A stretch of 64,000 nt of DNA from Candidatus Magasanikbacteria bacterium RIFCSPHIGHO2_02_FULL_48_18 (GCA_001784285.1 MFQC01000003.1:144159-208158), one strand, 5' to 3'. Positions 1 through 11,179 are shown, counted from the stretch's first letter. The notes: generated from the letters alone by a model not told the origin. Numbers and translations are program-made.

Positions 1-477
1 CATGTTGCCAATAGGATCGCGCACGGGCATCCGAGAACCAATTGCGGCAGCCATAGGCTGTTGTACTAAAAATACTTCTCGCGCTCGAGCCGCAATAGTG
101 GCATCTTCCACCGCTTTCATTTCCACTTCGGTCACTTCCAACGGAACAGAAATAACCACCCGCGGCCGTGACATCAAAGAAAAGCCGCCCTCATAGGCTT
201 TGTCAATAAAATACTTCAGCATTTTTTCCGTTACTTCATAGTCGGACACAATGCCATTGGTGAGCGGACGGGTGACCACAATATGCGACGGCGTTTTGCC
301 AAGCATTTGTTTGGCTTCATGGCCAACCGCAAGAATATGCCCTGTTTTTGCATTGATGGCGACAACCGACGGTTCATTGATAATAATGCCTTTTTCTCGA
401 ACATACACCAATGTGTTCGAGGTGCCAAGATCAATGCCAATGTCATGACGAAATTTTCCAAAGACTGATTTCATCAT
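1..477 (-). CDS. mreB: Rod-shape protein MreB (actin-like ATPase), N-terminal part; the gene runs off the left edge of the window.
   Basis: Manual minus-strand translation from an ATG at 477 gives MMKSVFGKFRHDIGIDLGTSNTLVYVREKGIIINEPSVVAINAKTG..., a typical MreB N-terminus. It is missing from the ORF track because no stop lies in the window. It overlaps the proS stop by 4 nt (ATGA). Confidence 0.8.
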   Translation of the reverse strand, partial: MMKSVFGKFRHDIGIDLGTSNTLVYVREKGIIINEPSVVAINAKTGHILAVGHEAKQMLGKTPSHIVVTRPLTNGIVSDYEVTEKMLKYFIDKAYEGGFSLMSRPRVVISVPLEVTEVEMKAVEDATIAARAREVFLVQQPMAAAIGSRMPVRDPIGNM

Positions 478-1700
478 ATGGCGGAAAGCGACACATACTC
501 CGGTTCTCCTCCGCTTCTCTGCCGGACTTCAACTGTATTATTTGCAAGTGTCTTTGGACTCACAATAACGCGTTTGGGAATACCGATAAGGTCACTGTCG
601 GCGAATTTTTCCCCTGCTCTCAACCCGGCACGATCGTCATAGAGCACGTCTTTTCCTTGCGCAACAAGACGATGATACAGCTCGTCAGCGGCCTCCACAT
701 CGGCACGTTCTGTACACAACGAAACAAGATGTGCCGCATACGGCGCAATGCTTTCCGGCCATATAATTCCTTTTTCATCGTGGTGCACCTCGACAATAGC
801 GCCGAGCGTGCGCGTTATGCCGAGGCCATAGCAACCCATGATGACGGGATGTTTTTTTCCTTCTTGATCGGTATAGGTAAAAGAAAACGCATTCGTAAAT
901 CGGTCCGCCAGTTTAAAAATGTTGGCAATTTCAATTGCTTTTTTTTCTTCAAGCGCACGACTGCCGCATTCCGGACATTGCCCGTTGACATCCGCCATAA
1001 TTTCTTTATTTATAGCCACCCGGCAGGATTCGCAAAGATAAATAGTGTCCTCTCCCGAAGAAGTTATGGTTTGAAATTCATGAGAATACTTTGAGAATGT
1101 TCCCCCGGAGGCATAGGTTTTTATGGTGGCTTCCCCGAGCGCGAGACGGTCAAAAATTTTCCTGTATGCATCTTCAACCAGCGCATAATACCGATCCGCA
1201 TCACTTTGTGTTTCATGAAAAGAATACATATCTTTCATGCGAAATTCTCTTCCTCGCATAATCCCCGATTTTGCGCGCAATTCGTTTCGAAATTTTGTCT
1301 GAAACTGAAAAACCGATTTCGGAAGATCTTTATAGGATTGGACGTATTTTTGCAACAGCGGTGTCACCACTTCTTCATGGCTTTGGCCAAGCACCAGCCG
1401 TTTTCCGTCGTGCATTTCTGTAAAAAACAAAACATCAATCCCGTCACGACCTGTTTTTTGATAGTTCTCAACCGGGTGAAGAGCGGGAAGAAAGACCTCT
1501 TGCGCATCAATGCGGCAAAGTTCTTCTCGGACAATGTGTTCGATATGAGACAAGACCTTTACGCCAAGAGGAAGAATGCTGTAGACTCCGGCAAACAATT
1601 TATCCACAAACCCGCCGCGAATGAGAAATTGCGCATTTTTGCTCACCTCATCTTTTGGCGCTTCTTTCAGTGTTTTGGTGAAAAGAATTGACTGACGCAT
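474..1700 (-). CDS. proS: Prolyl-tRNA synthetase of the bacterial type, short form (408 aa) with no INS editing domain.
   Basis: N-terminus MRQSILFTKTLKEAPKDEVSKNAQFLIRGGF. Class II motif 2 FRMKDMYSFH. C-terminal anticodon-binding region present. A CxxC-x15-CxxC element sits where INS normally is. Confidence 0.85.
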   Translation of the reverse strand: MRQSILFTKTLKEAPKDEVSKNAQFLIRGGFVDKLFAGVYSILPLGVKVLSHIEHIVREELCRIDAQEVFLPALHPVENYQKTGRDGIDVLFFTEMHDGKRLVLGQSHEEVVTPLLQKYVQSYKDLPKSVFQFQTKFRNELRAKSGIMRGREFRMKDMYSFHETQSDADRYYALVEDAYRKIFDRLALGEATIKTYASGGTFSKYSHEFQTITSSGEDTIYLCESCRVAINKEIMADVNGQCPECGSRALEEKKAIEIANIFKLADRFTNAFSFTYTDQEGKKHPVIMGCYGLGITRTLGAIVEVHHDEKGIIWPESIAPYAAHLVSLCTERADVEAADELYHRLVAQGKDVLYDDRAGLRAGEKFADSDLIGIPKRVIVSPKTLANNTVEVRQRSGGEPEYVSLSAI

Positions 1701-1706
1701 AGAATA

Positions 1707-2117
1707 CTACTTCAATACGGGATGACCCACAGAGGATCGCGATCCATTGGTTGAAATGGAAAAAAGGAAAATAAGGACAAGAACAACAAAAAAAATACTC
1801 AAGTTCCATATATGCAAGAGAGCGTGCTCTTGAAGATATAAAAGAAAGATGATCATGCCGGCGAGAGCAACACCGTTTCGAAAGCTTTTTTTGACATACC
1901 GGTACATAGGCAATACCGCAGAAGTGGAATAGCGGTAGACGCCAAACGAAATAAGAGAAATAGTCCCGAGCAAGGCAAAAAAAAGACTGAGGTAAAAAAG
2001 AGAAAAACCAACCGTATTTTCTTGAAACGGATCAACCGTAAAAAGAACAAAAAACCACGACACCCAGCACAATATGGTTGCAATAAGCATGCTATAAACG
2101 TACTGGTGAAGGGTCAT
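1707..2117 (-). CDS. Hypothetical small integral membrane protein with about four predicted TM helices.
   Basis: 136-aa ORF, strongly hydrophobic segments, tightly packed between proS and proA. No recognisable motif. Confidence 0.4.
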   Translation of the reverse strand: MTLHQYVYSMLIATILCWVSWFFVLFTVDPFQENTVGFSLFYLSLFFALLGTISLISFGVYRYSTSAVLPMYRYVKKSFRNGVALAGMIIFLLYLQEHALLHIWNLSIFFVVLVLIFLFSISTNGSRSSVGHPVLK

Positions 2118-2180
2118 ACAAAGAGAGTGTATCTTTTTTCTTCTGTCTTGACAAGTCGCGCACGGCCTTCAAAAAAATGC

Positions 2181-3455
2181 TTATGGCCGGATATGGCCAT
2201 TCCCGCGGATAAGCCATTTATACGTGGTGAGCTCAAAAAGAGCCATAGGACCTCTCGCATGGAGCTTTTGGGTGCTTATGCCAATTTCTGCTCCCAAGCC
2301 AAACTGTGCTCCATCGGTAAAGGCTGTGGAGGCGTTGACATACACTGCCGCCGCATCAACCAGACGAAGGAAGGACTCTTGAACGATCTTGTCTTCAGCA
2401 ATCACCGCTTCACTGTGACGAGAACTATAAATTTGAATATGATCCAGCGCTTCTTTGAGAGAGGCAACCGTTTTTATGGAAAGGGCGAGGGAAAGAAATT
2501 CCGTCCCAAAGTGTTTTGGCTTTGCGCGATGCAAGAGAGAGCGAGGATATGTTTGTTTTATAATACGATAACTTTTTTGATCCGCAAAAATTCTGACTTT
2601 TTTTGCGGCAAGAGGCGCGAGTATTTGAGAGAAATGAGGCAGGACGGTTTGATGAACCAAAAGCGTGTCAAGCGCATTGCATACGCTCGGCCGCCGAGTT
2701 TTTTCATTTTCAATAATAGCGGCCGCTTTTGCTATTTCCGCGCTTTTATCAATGTATGTATGCACAATGCCAGCACCGGTTTCAATGACCGGAACTGTCG
2801 CGTTTTTTTTGACAAATGAAATAAGAGACTGCCCGCCCCGAGGAATGACGAGGTCCACGCACGTTTCCGCCTGCAATACCGTACGAAGAACAGAGCGATC
2901 CGGAGAAAGTAAATAGATGACAAACGGATCAATGCCATGATTTTTCAGAATGGCATGAATCAAGCGAACCAGGGCCGTATTCGTATGATAGGCTTCGCTT
3001 CCGCCTTTTAAAACGCACGCGTTTCGCGATTTAAAACAAAGCGAAAAGACATCAACGGTCACGTTTGGGCGCGCTTCGTAGACAATCGCAATGACGCCAA
3101 ACGGTACGATTTTTTTTTCAAGATGAAGGCCGTTTGGAAGATCTCTTTTTTCAACGATTCTGCCGGCCGGAGACGATAATCCGCCAACCGTATCAAGATC
3201 GCGCGCGATGTCGTCAATTCGTTCTTTCGTCAGAAGCAAACGGTCATACATTGGATTTTCAACGCTCATTGAGCGGCAGTCGCGACGATTGGCGCGAAGA
3301 ATACTCTCATTGTTTTTCTTTAATGCAGACGCAAGATCTTTCAACACCGCATTGACTGTTTTTTCGGGGATATCCTGAAGCGACATGCTCGCGTCTTTGA
3401 CGCGCGCAAGCGTTCGAATTGTTGCCTTTAATTTGGGTGATATTTTATGAATCAT
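2181..3455 (-). CDS. proA: Gamma-glutamyl phosphate reductase (glutamate-5-semialdehyde dehydrogenase).
   Basis: 424 aa. Aldehyde-dehydrogenase-like motifs VIPRGG and CNALDTLLVH. Sits in an operon with proB and proC. Confidence 0.85.
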   Translation of the reverse strand: MIHKISPKLKATIRTLARVKDASMSLQDIPEKTVNAVLKDLASALKKNNESILRANRRDCRSMSVENPMYDRLLLTKERIDDIARDLDTVGGLSSPAGRIVEKRDLPNGLHLEKKIVPFGVIAIVYEARPNVTVDVFSLCFKSRNACVLKGGSEAYHTNTALVRLIHAILKNHGIDPFVIYLLSPDRSVLRTVLQAETCVDLVIPRGGQSLISFVKKNATVPVIETGAGIVHTYIDKSAEIAKAAAIIENEKTRRPSVCNALDTLLVHQTVLPHFSQILAPLAAKKVRIFADQKSYRIIKQTYPRSLLHRAKPKHFGTEFLSLALSIKTVASLKEALDHIQIYSSRHSEAVIAEDKIVQESFLRLVDAAAVYVNASTAFTDGAQFGLGAEIGISTQKLHARGPMALFELTTYKWLIRGNGHIRP

Positions 3456-3464
3456 AATAGTGCA

Positions 3465-4268
3465 TTATGTTCCTAATTCTTCGGTTCGACGAACCGCCGA
3501 CTGAAACGCGCGAAAAAAACGTTCGCCCACTGCTTCTGTTTTTAACACACGCAACGCTTCTTCCGTGACGCCGCCTTTTGACGCAACACGGGCAATCCAC
3601 TCTTCTCCCGACACATGATCTTTTTCAAACAATGACGCGCTCCCAATATAGGTCATTCGCGCCGCGCGCCCGGCGTCTTTGCGAGAAAGACCGCATTGTT
3701 TTGCGTATTGCTCCAAAAGATTGGTAAGATAAAAAAAATATGCCGGCCCGCACCCGGATATCGCGCCTAAGCTGTTGATCTCAGATTCTTTTTTAAGTTC
3801 AATGCTCTCACCCATTGTAGAAAATAACATCTGAACATATTTTTTTTCTTTTTTTGAAACGAGAGAACCTGAAACCCAGCCGATAACCCCTTGTCTTGTC
3901 TGAACGCCCAAATTAGGCATGGACCGAATACAACGCTTTGACCCTGTTTTTTTTTGCAATGCAGGCAAAGAAATCCCTGCCATTATAGAAATAACGAGTT
4001 TATCTGAAAGCATGCCACCCATATCCTTCATGGACGCGTCAAAGGATTGCGGCTTCATTGCGAGAATAACAGCGGCCACGTGCGGCAACATGGCCGAAAC
4101 ATTGGAAAACGTACGGACCTTTTTCAGCCGATTTCTTTTTTCTGCGTGGGGATCAACGCCAAAGACCGATCCTTTCGGAAGAACCTCGGACAACACCTGT
4201 GCCATGGCGCCTCCCATGTGCCCCAAACCAATAATACCTATATGTCGCGACATCGTGTTCGAAGCCAT
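3465..4268 (-). CDS. proC: Pyrroline-5-carboxylate reductase.
   Basis: N-terminal Rossmann motif IGIIGLGHMGGAM. Length about 265 aa. Sits between proB and proA. Confidence 0.8.
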   Translation of the reverse strand: MASNTMSRHIGIIGLGHMGGAMAQVLSEVLPKGSVFGVDPHAEKRNRLKKVRTFSNVSAMLPHVAAVILAMKPQSFDASMKDMGGMLSDKLVISIMAGISLPALQKKTGSKRCIRSMPNLGVQTRQGVIGWVSGSLVSKKEKKYVQMLFSTMGESIELKKESEINSLGAISGCGPAYFFYLTNLLEQYAKQCGLSRKDAGRAARMTYIGSASLFEKDHVSGEEWIARVASKGGVTEEALRVLKTEAVGERFFRAFQSAVRRTEELGT

Positions 4269-4269
4269 A

Positions 4270-5352
4270 TTATGTTGATTCTTTATAAAGAAAATTGTAG
4301 TGAATTAATGGTTTCTTTCCTTTTTTGCCGCAAGAGACTTTTGCCGTCTCCGCGCCGTATTGCGCCACTCCCAAACCCAAACGCTCGCCTTTCTCATCGA
4401 GTATTTCCAAAATGTCGCCTTTTTCAAATGACCCGTCAATCCGCACGATGCCAACCGGCAAGATGCTCCGCGCGGCTTCCGTCTGAAAAATGGCTTCTTT
4501 GGCCCCGTTATTAACGACAATCGAACCGCGGACATCCCGTTCGCTGGTCGCAATCCATTTTTTTATCATGGATATTCGTTCTTCTTCAAGAAAAACCGTG
4601 CCCGGATTTTTTCCATGAATAATATCCAAAAGAATATGAGGCGTCTGCCCGTTTGCAATGTGCGTTTGAATACCCAAATGGCTCACACGCTTCGCGATGC
4701 GGCATTTGCTCGCCATTCCTCCTCGCCCTCGTTGTGAAATATCGGATCGAATGCATTGCTTCCAGGATTGGTCATCCGCGGCAATCACCTTGATAAGAGA
4801 ATTTTTTTCGCCTTCGCGCGCATAAATGCCGTCAACCGCGGACAAAAAAATCAGCATATCAACATTCATCATGGACGCAACAAGGCCGGCCAACTCATCG
4901 TTGTCGCTAAACATTTTTTCTGTCACCGCGACAACATCGTTTTCGTTCAAAACAGGCACAATATGATGCTTGACGAGCGCTTCGAGACACCGGCGGATAT
5001 TGATATAATGAGTTCGATCGCGAAAATCTTCCCGCGTCAAAAGCACTTGTGCTGTCACCATTTCATGAGCGGTAAATAATTCTTGATAGGTTTCTACCAA
5101 TGAAATTTGTCCAATGGCGGCCAATACCTGCCGTTTTTCCACAGGATCAGTTGGAATTTTGGTTGTCACGCGACGCTTGCCGGCCGCTACCGCGCCTGAA
5201 GAAACCAAAATTGTATCAATGCCCTTTTGCCGTAATGCCGCGATATCGGAAACAAGCCGCCGCATCATGGCAGTATCCAATGTTCCATCTTGTTTAGTCA
5301 CCAAATGCGTGCCAACTTTAACGACAATGCGTCGAATATTTTTTTCTGCCAT
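4270..5352 (-). CDS. proB: Glutamate 5-kinase with a C-terminal PUA domain.
   Basis: N-terminus RIVVKVGTHLVT...VSSGAVAAGK, typical of the amino-acid kinase family. 360 aa, consistent with a PUA-containing ProB. Confidence 0.85.
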   Translation of the reverse strand: MAEKNIRRIVVKVGTHLVTKQDGTLDTAMMRRLVSDIAALRQKGIDTILVSSGAVAAGKRRVTTKIPTDPVEKRQVLAAIGQISLVETYQELFTAHEMVTAQVLLTREDFRDRTHYINIRRCLEALVKHHIVPVLNENDVVAVTEKMFSDNDELAGLVASMMNVDMLIFLSAVDGIYAREGEKNSLIKVIAADDQSWKQCIRSDISQRGRGGMASKCRIAKRVSHLGIQTHIANGQTPHILLDIIHGKNPGTVFLEEERISMIKKWIATSERDVRGSIVVNNGAKEAIFQTEAARSILPVGIVRIDGSFEKGDILEILDEKGERLGLGVAQYGAETAKVSCGKKGKKPLIHYNFLYKEST

Positions 5353-5355
5353 ACG

Positions 5356-5829
5356 TCAGGCAAGATATCGGATCCGATCCACTTCTGGCTTTCCAAGCTT
5401 TTCGTTGATTTTTTCAACAATTTCCGCCTGTCGAAGCCGAATCTCCTGCGCCATTACCGAACTGGTGCAGGAAACCGTGAGGGTTCTGTTTTTGAGAAAC
5501 AAGGGATTTGCGTGCCGCGCCAAATCAGCAGGAAAAAGTTCCTGAAAAATGGTCACTGCCGCGTCCACCGCCTGGGACGCCTCCACCTGTTTTTTTAATG
5601 GAGAATGGGAGGATACTTTTTTGTTCAAGGCGTCGCCAAGAGGAGTAAAAGGCATACAAAACAAAAAATCGGTATACGTTTCTTTAAAAGAAGCATACCA
5701 CTGAAGGAGATAAAAATCAAGGAGAAAAGATATACAAAAAAATATTGCCCTCTCTTTTCGCGGGCTCCCTATTTGGAAATGAAAATGCATAGGAGACGAC
5801 GCGAGCGCCCGGCTTGAGTTCTGCATCAA
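5356..5829 (-). CDS. DUF721/DciA-like small protein. The true start is probably an internal Met near 5655, giving about 100 aa.
   Basis: The C-terminal half NPLFLKNRTLTVSCTSSVMAQEIRLRQAEIVEKINEKLG resembles DUF721. The N-terminal part of the long ORF overlaps the next gene, so I favour the internal start. Confidence 0.4.
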   Translation of the reverse strand: MMQNSSRALASSPMHFHFQIGSPRKERAIFFCISFLLDFYLLQWYASFKETYTDFLFCMPFTPLGDALNKKVSSHSPLKKQVEASQAVDAAVTIFQELFPADLARHANPLFLKNRTLTVSCTSSVMAQEIRLRQAEIVEKINEKLGKPEVDRIRYLA

Positions 5830-6244
5830 ATTTTTTAAGGAGTTTTCCCATTTTTGGATGAATAAAAAAAAGGCTTATCACATCGACGGATGAAAGGTCA
5901 ACGTCCCATAAATTTTTGCGAATAATTTGAACATTGTTCAACCGCTTCACGCGCGTGCGAATGCGACTCCACCAATACAACAACGGGTTTATCTCTATGC
6001 CAATGCATTGCCGCACGTTTGGGGCGGCGGCAAAAAGAATGCGGCCATCTCCAGAACCCAAATCCATCAATACATCAGTCTGACGAAGATCCGCCAATGC
6101 AAGCATTTTTTTGACATTTTTTTTCGCAGTGGGGACAAACGGCGCTCCTTTGACAAATGCATAGAGGGTATAAAGAAAAAAAATAATAACACCGGCGTAA
6201 CACACAAAAAGAGCAGCATACAAAGACAAAATAAAAAATGTCAT
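5717..6244 (-). CDS. Small class I SAM-dependent methyltransferase with an N-terminal TM helix.
   Basis: Motif I LMDLGSGDGRIL. 175 aa. N-terminal hydrophobic stretch. Confidence 0.55.
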   Translation of the reverse strand: MTFFILSLYAALFVCYAGVIIFFLYTLYAFVKGAPFVPTAKKNVKKMLALADLRQTDVLMDLGSGDGRILFAAAPNVRQCIGIEINPLLYWWSRIRTRVKRLNNVQIIRKNLWDVDLSSVDVISLFFIHPKMGKLLKKFDAELKPGARVVSYAFSFPNREPAKREGNIFLYIFSP

Positions 6245-9200
6245 ACGCGAAAATCACAAATATCCCGAAAATCGCAGTGAGCGCAAATATGCGCATTTGG
6301 CACGGCCTGAAAATTGCCTCCATGAATGGCGTCCGCGGTTTTGACCAATGTTTCTTCCAACCCTCGCAATTCTTTTGAACTTCCCACAAACGACGCTTTG
6401 GACGTATTTTCCACATAATAAAAGGTGAGCTTCGCCAATCTTCCCATGTGCGAATACTCCGGCAGGCGTTCGGCCGCGATTTGGTAGAGCAATAATTGCT
6501 CCTTGTCTTCTCCCGCCAGCCGCTCTTTTGGGGCGCCGGTCTTATAGTCAATAATTTCAAGCGTTCCATCCGGCAAGCGATCCACACGATCCATGCGTCC
6601 ATTGACTGCGTACGGCCCAATTTTAATTTGAAACCATGACTCCAGCGCCGCGGGAATGGTCCACTGATTTTCTTCAGATGCGTAAAACGCTTCAAGAATA
6701 TCTTTCCCTTTTTGTTTATACGCTTCTCGCTGGCGCTTGGACTGGTACCAATCATCAATCCAGCAGGTTTCATACAACTTTAAAAGTTCCCCAAACGGCG
6801 GGACGCTGATATTTGAGCTTATGGAAGGTGCTTCCGGGAGACCAAAAAGAGAATCTTGCTTGAGTCCGTTCAATTCTTGAATACGAGCGTAAAATTTTTG
6901 GAGCGTATTATGAATGGTTGATCCAAAACTAAAATGCGCATTTCCTTTGATCGGAATTTTTAATATATATGCAAGCTTATATTGATACGGGCACTTTTGA
7001 TACGAACGAATTTGAGAAAAAGAAAATGATTTTGGCGGCTCGTACACAAATGCCGTCCGTTCTGAAGGTTGCTCCTGCTTTTTTTTATGTCTTGCCGTAG
7101 ACGCAAGCGCGTTCGTTGATTTTGATTCCTTTTCTTTCTGTATCTTTATATCCCAGCCCAACTCAGCAAGAAACCGGCTTAGTTTCTTTTTTCGCACTCC
7201 GCCATAATCATCGGCAGAGCTGATATACAATCCTTCCTTTGCGCGGGTTATTCCGACATAAAAAAGCCGCCGTTCTTCCTGCATGTGGTAATCGCCTTCC
7301 GGGAGGCGTTCTTTGACAAGCTCTTGGGGTATCTCAATGCTATCTCCCCTCGGGCGGGTTGGAAATCGTTCCTCCACCACATTCACCAAAAAAACAAACC
7401 GAAATTCCAACCCCTTGGCCGCGTGAACGGTCATAATATTCACCGAATCCGGAGTATCCTCAAGCTGAAATAATTTTCCGTCATCGCCTGATTCCAGCAA
7501 TGAAGAAAAATAATCAAGAAATGAAGAGAGGGACGCATCCGGCGTGATTTCTTCATACGCGCGGATAAAATCAAAAAATTGCTTGAGAAAATGAATGTCA
7601 CGAATGATATGCCGGGATGCGGCCAATTCTCCATGAGTAAGGTGCGAGAGATACCCGGATTCTTCAAGAAATTCATACAGCACAACGGTCGGTTTTTCAT
7701 ATCGCGTGCGCTTCATACCGGCATGAATCCAATCAATAAGCGAAGAGCATACGCGCGCGCCTTCTGCGGAAAGGTGAAACTCCAACGCACGTTTGGCGGC
7801 TTCATAATACGAGATGCTTTTTTTTCGCGCGGCCTCAGTAATTTTCTGCATGTCGCTTTCTTTGAACTGTAAAAACGGCAACCGAAGCAAACGATACATG
7901 GCTGTTGACTCGTGGTACTGGTCAATAATTTTCAAAAAATTAAAGCAATTCAGGACAATGTCTTGTCGGAACAGCCCGGAAGAAGATAAAAATTCATAGG
8001 GGATGCCCGCGACCTCAAGCGCGCGAATAAACGGATCGGCATGATTATTGGCGCGCACCAAAATAGCGATATCATCCCACGCAACATCCGAGTGTGTTTC
8101 TTTGAGAGAACAGATATGGTTCACCACAAGATGCACTTCGTCGTCAAGCGTTTGCCCGTGCAAATGCTCAATGGCGACCGGTTGCTTTTTTGCCGCGGCA
8201 ACCAATTGTTTGTTAATCTGAAGTTTTTGTTCCAATCGATCGGGGTTATTGTGCTGAATGGATGCATAGGCCAAGTCCAAAATGGCCTGGGGGGATCGAT
8301 AATTTTGGGTGAGCACGACATCTTTTGCTTCTGGAAAATCATCTTTAAAACGCAAAATATTTGACACGCTCGCGCCGCGAAACGCATAAATGCTTTGGTC
8401 GTCATCGCCCACCACCGTCAATTGCGGAGGCCTTGCGGAAGAAACAGACGATGTAATCAGGCGAATCAGTTCATATTGCGCGTAATTGACATCTTGAAAT
8501 TCGTCAACCAGCACATAGCGATATCGCTCTTGCAGTTGTTGCAAAATACGCTTTCGCTCTGTGAAGAGCCGGACCGAATAAAAAATAAGGTCGCCAAAAT
8601 CAAGCGCGCCCGCCTGTAAAAGAAGTTGGTTATATTGATGATAGCTTTCCGCAATTTCGGTTAAACGGCTCCGTTCTTCTTTTTGGATTGCGTCGCCGTC
8701 AAGCGCCCGCCCTTCGGCATATGCCATGTAAGCGGCCGGATCAATCAATTCATCCTTGCATTTGGAAAAATGGCGCAAAAGAGCATGAATATGCCGCGCA
8801 GGATTCCCTAAAGGACGGTAATAATCGAGCCGAAAATCATAAATGTGCTGTTTGACCAAAAGCCAGGCATCCGTGTCGGTCAAAAGTTTCCACTGGTTTG
8901 GAATGCCAATAGCAAGGCCAAACTGTTCCAAAAGCCTCTGACAAAATGCGTGAAATGTGGAAATGGATAAATCCACATATCCAATATCCAAGAGATCATC
9001 CACGCGCGTTTTCATTTCTTCTGCCGCTTTTTCAGTAAATGTCAGCGCCAAAATTTCTTCCGGTTTGGCGAATCCGTTTTCAATAAGATGTAAAATTTTT
9101 TGCGTGATCACCGTGGTTTTCCCGGTTCCGGCTCCTGCCACAATTAAAAGCGGACCGTCGGCATATGCAACAGCTTCTTTTTGGGCGGCATTGAGTTTTG

Positions 9201-9267
9201 GGTGGGCCATAATATGATGTGACTCATGCCACGTCAACTCGATTCTGAACCAATTCTTCAACCACAC
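6241..9267 (-). CDS. UvrD/PcrA-family SF1 helicase fused to a C-terminal Cas4/AddB-like PD-(D/E)XK Fe-S nuclease domain. The likely start is the internal Met at about 9210.
   Basis: Walker A AGAGTGKT. Motif II DEFQD. C-terminal nuclease region has one upstream Cys (QKCPYQYKL) and a terminal cluster [10 protein letters not shown], the 4-Cys pattern of Cas4/AddB Fe-S nucleases. Confidence 0.8.
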   Translation of the reverse strand: MWLKNWFRIELTWHESHHIMAHPKLNAAQKEAVAYADGPLLIVAGAGTGKTTVITQKILHLIENGFAKPEEILALTFTEKAAEEMKTRVDDLLDIGYVDLSISTFHAFCQRLLEQFGLAIGIPNQWKLLTDTDAWLLVKQHIYDFRLDYYRPLGNPARHIHALLRHFSKCKDELIDPAAYMAYAEGRALDGDAIQKEERSRLTEIAESYHQYNQLLLQAGALDFGDLIFYSVRLFTERKRILQQLQERYRYVLVDEFQDVNYAQYELIRLITSSVSSARPPQLTVVGDDDQSIYAFRGASVSNILRFKDDFPEAKDVVLTQNYRSPQAILDLAYASIQHNNPDRLEQKLQINKQLVAAAKKQPVAIEHLHGQTLDDEVHLVVNHICSLKETHSDVAWDDIAILVRANNHADPFIRALEVAGIPYEFLSSSGLFRQDIVLNCFNFLKIIDQYHESTAMYRLLRLPFLQFKESDMQKITEAARKKSISYYEAAKRALEFHLSAEGARVCSSLIDWIHAGMKRTRYEKPTVVLYEFLEESGYLSHLTHGELAASRHIIRDIHFLKQFFDFIRAYEEITPDASLSSFLDYFSSLLESGDDGKLFQLEDTPDSVNIMTVHAAKGLEFRFVFLVNVVEERFPTRPRGDSIEIPQELVKERLPEGDYHMQEERRLFYVGITRAKEGLYISSADDYGGVRKKKLSRFLAELGWDIKIQKEKESKSTNALASTARHKKKQEQPSERTAFVYEPPKSFSFSQIRSYQKCPYQYKLAYILKIPIKGNAHFSFGSTIHNTLQKFYARIQELNGLKQDSLFGLPEAPSISSNISVPPFGELLKLYETCWIDDWYQSKRQREAYKQKGKDILEAFYASEENQWTIPAALESWFQIKIGPYAVNGRMDRVDRLPDGTLEIIDYKTGAPKERLAGEDKEQLLLYQIAAERLPEYSHMGRLAKLTFYYVENTSKASFVGSSKELRGLEETLVKTADAIHGGNFQAVPNAHICAHCDFRDICDFRV

Positions 9268-11179
9268 TCGGGTCAGCCAGCGTGCTCACATCTCCAATAT
9301 GATCCGCTTCATTCTCCGCAATCTTCCGCAAAATCCGACGCATAATTTTTCCGGATCGCGTTTTTGGCAACGCAGGCGCCCACTGAATCGCATCGGGTTT
9401 TGCAATCGGTCCAATGCGATCTCGCACCGTATCAATCAATTCCTGTTTGAGACTTTCGGTTGGATGAATGTCGCGTTTGAGCGTGACAAAGGCATAAATT
9501 CCTTGGCCTTTGATATCGTGCGAAAATCCAACCACAGCGGCTTCGGCAACCGCAAAATGGGACACCAAAGCGCTTTCGACTTCGGCCGTGCCAAGACGAT
9601 GGCCGGACACATTCATCACATCATCCACGCGGCCCAAAAGCCAATAATCGCCATCTTCATCTTTGCGGCACCCATCCCCGGTAAAATACATGCCGTCAAA
9701 CGTCCGAAAATAGGTATTGACAAAACGCTCGTGATTGCCCCACGTTGTTCGCATCATGCCGGGCCATGGAGCGCGAATACATAATTTCCCGCTCTCCCCT
9801 GCCCTGCATTCCGATCCATCGTCATGGACAATCACCGGTTCAATGCCAAAAAAAGGACGTGATGCACTCCCGGGTTTTAATGTATGCACACCGGGAAGCG
9901 GCGTAATCATAATGCCGCCGGTTTCCGTTTGCCACCAGGTATCTACAATAGGACACCGTTCTTTGCCAATGTGTTTCCAATACCAAAGCCACACATCGGG
10001 ATTGATCGGTTCTCCCACTGTCCCAAGCACGCGCAAACTGGAAAGATCATATTTTTTAATTGGGTCTTCCCCCTCTCGCATGAGCGCTCGAATGGCGGTT
10101 GGCGCGGTATAAAATTGGTTCACGCGGTACGTGTCCACAATATCCCAAAAACGTCCGGCGTCCGGATAGGTCGGAATTCCCTCAAACATAATCGTTGTCG
10201 CTCCGTTGCACAGCGGACCATAGACAACGTAGGAATGGCCGGTAATCCATCCGACATCGGCCGTGCACCAATAGACATCTCCTCGGTGATAATCAAAAAC
10301 ATATTTGTGCGTTGTGGCGGCATAGACCATATACCCCCCGGTCGTATGAAGCACTCCTTTCGGTTTTCCGGTTGATCCAGAGGTATATAACACAAATAAG
10401 GGATCCTCTGCATCCATCTGTTCCGGCTCACACAAAGGCAAAGCGCCAGCCATGCGTTCGTGCCAATAAAAATCGCGGTGAGGGGTCATAGAAATCGGAC
10501 TCCCCGTTCGTTCTACAACAATGATGGATGCAATGGTTGGACATTCAAGCACTGCCTCATCGGCCTTCGCTTTCATTGGTATATCGTTTTTTTCTCCTCG
10601 AAAAGCGGCATCCTGAGTAATGAGAATGCGACATCCGAGATCTTGAATACGATCACGAAGTGATTGGCTGCTAAACCCGCCAAACACCACCGAATGAATG
10701 GCCCCTATTCGCGCGCATGCGAGCATGGCGATCGCGGCTTCCGGAATCATTTGCAAAAAAATACACACCCGGTCGCCTTTTTTGACCCCCAATGATTTGA
10801 GCATGTTGGCGCACTTGCATACCTCTCGATGCAATTCGCGATAGGTCAATGTTTTGCACTCTCCCGGCGTGTTTCCTTCCCAAATGATAGCCGTTTGATC
10901 TGCCTGTGTTTCCAAATGACGATCAAGCGCATTGACGGTTATATTTGTTTTGCCACTCGTAAACCACCGGATAAACACATCTTTTCCAAAGTCAAAATCG
11001 CGGACGCGGTCCCACCGCTTATACCAAAAAAAATTATTTGCCATATCCGCCCAAAATGTGTCCGGATCGGTAATGGATTTATGGTACATTTCTTCGTATT
11101 GCGCCACCGAAGAAAGATGTGCGTGTTTTACAAAATCAGAAAACGGCGGAATACGAGAAATCTCATTCTTTTGGCTCAT
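9224..11179 (-). CDS. acs: Acetyl-CoA synthetase (AMP-forming).
   Basis: 651 aa. N-terminus ...[11 protein letters not shown].... AMP-binding signature [12 protein letters not shown]. Acs-type C-terminus. Confidence 0.9.
   Translation of the reverse strand: MSQKNEISRIPPFSDFVKHAHLSSVAQYEEMYHKSITDPDTFWADMANNFFWYKRWDRVRDFDFGKDVFIRWFTSGKTNITVNALDRHLETQADQTAIIWEGNTPGECKTLTYRELHREVCKCANMLKSLGVKKGDRVCIFLQMIPEAAIAMLACARIGAIHSVVFGGFSSQSLRDRIQDLGCRILITQDAAFRGEKNDIPMKAKADEAVLECPTIASIIVVERTGSPISMTPHRDFYWHERMAGALPLCEPEQMDAEDPLFVLYTSGSTGKPKGVLHTTGGYMVYAATTHKYVFDYHRGDVYWCTADVGWITGHSYVVYGPLCNGATTIMFEGIPTYPDAGRFWDIVDTYRVNQFYTAPTAIRALMREGEDPIKKYDLSSLRVLGTVGEPINPDVWLWYWKHIGKERCPIVDTWWQTETGGIMITPLPGVHTLKPGSASRPFFGIEPVIVHDDGSECRAGESGKLCIRAPWPGMMRTTWGNHERFVNTYFRTFDGMYFTGDGCRKDEDGDYWLLGRVDDVMNVSGHRLGTAEVESALVSHFAVAEAAVVGFSHDIKGQGIYAFVTLKRDIHPTESLKQELIDTVRDRIGPIAKPDAIQWAPALPKTRSGKIMRRILRKIAENEADHIGDVSTLADPSVVEELVQNRVDVA

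Noticed and set aside
411-1094. 227-aa plus-strand ORF.
   Set aside because: It lies opposite proS, and its Cys/Phe-rich low-complexity translation is typical of an antisense frame.
2022-2819. 265-aa plus-strand ORF.
   Set aside because: It is antisense to proA and has no motifs.
6075-6773. 232-aa minus-strand ORF.
   Set aside because: It is an alternate frame spanning the methyltransferase/helicase junction. It has no motif and is inconsistent with the flanking confident genes.
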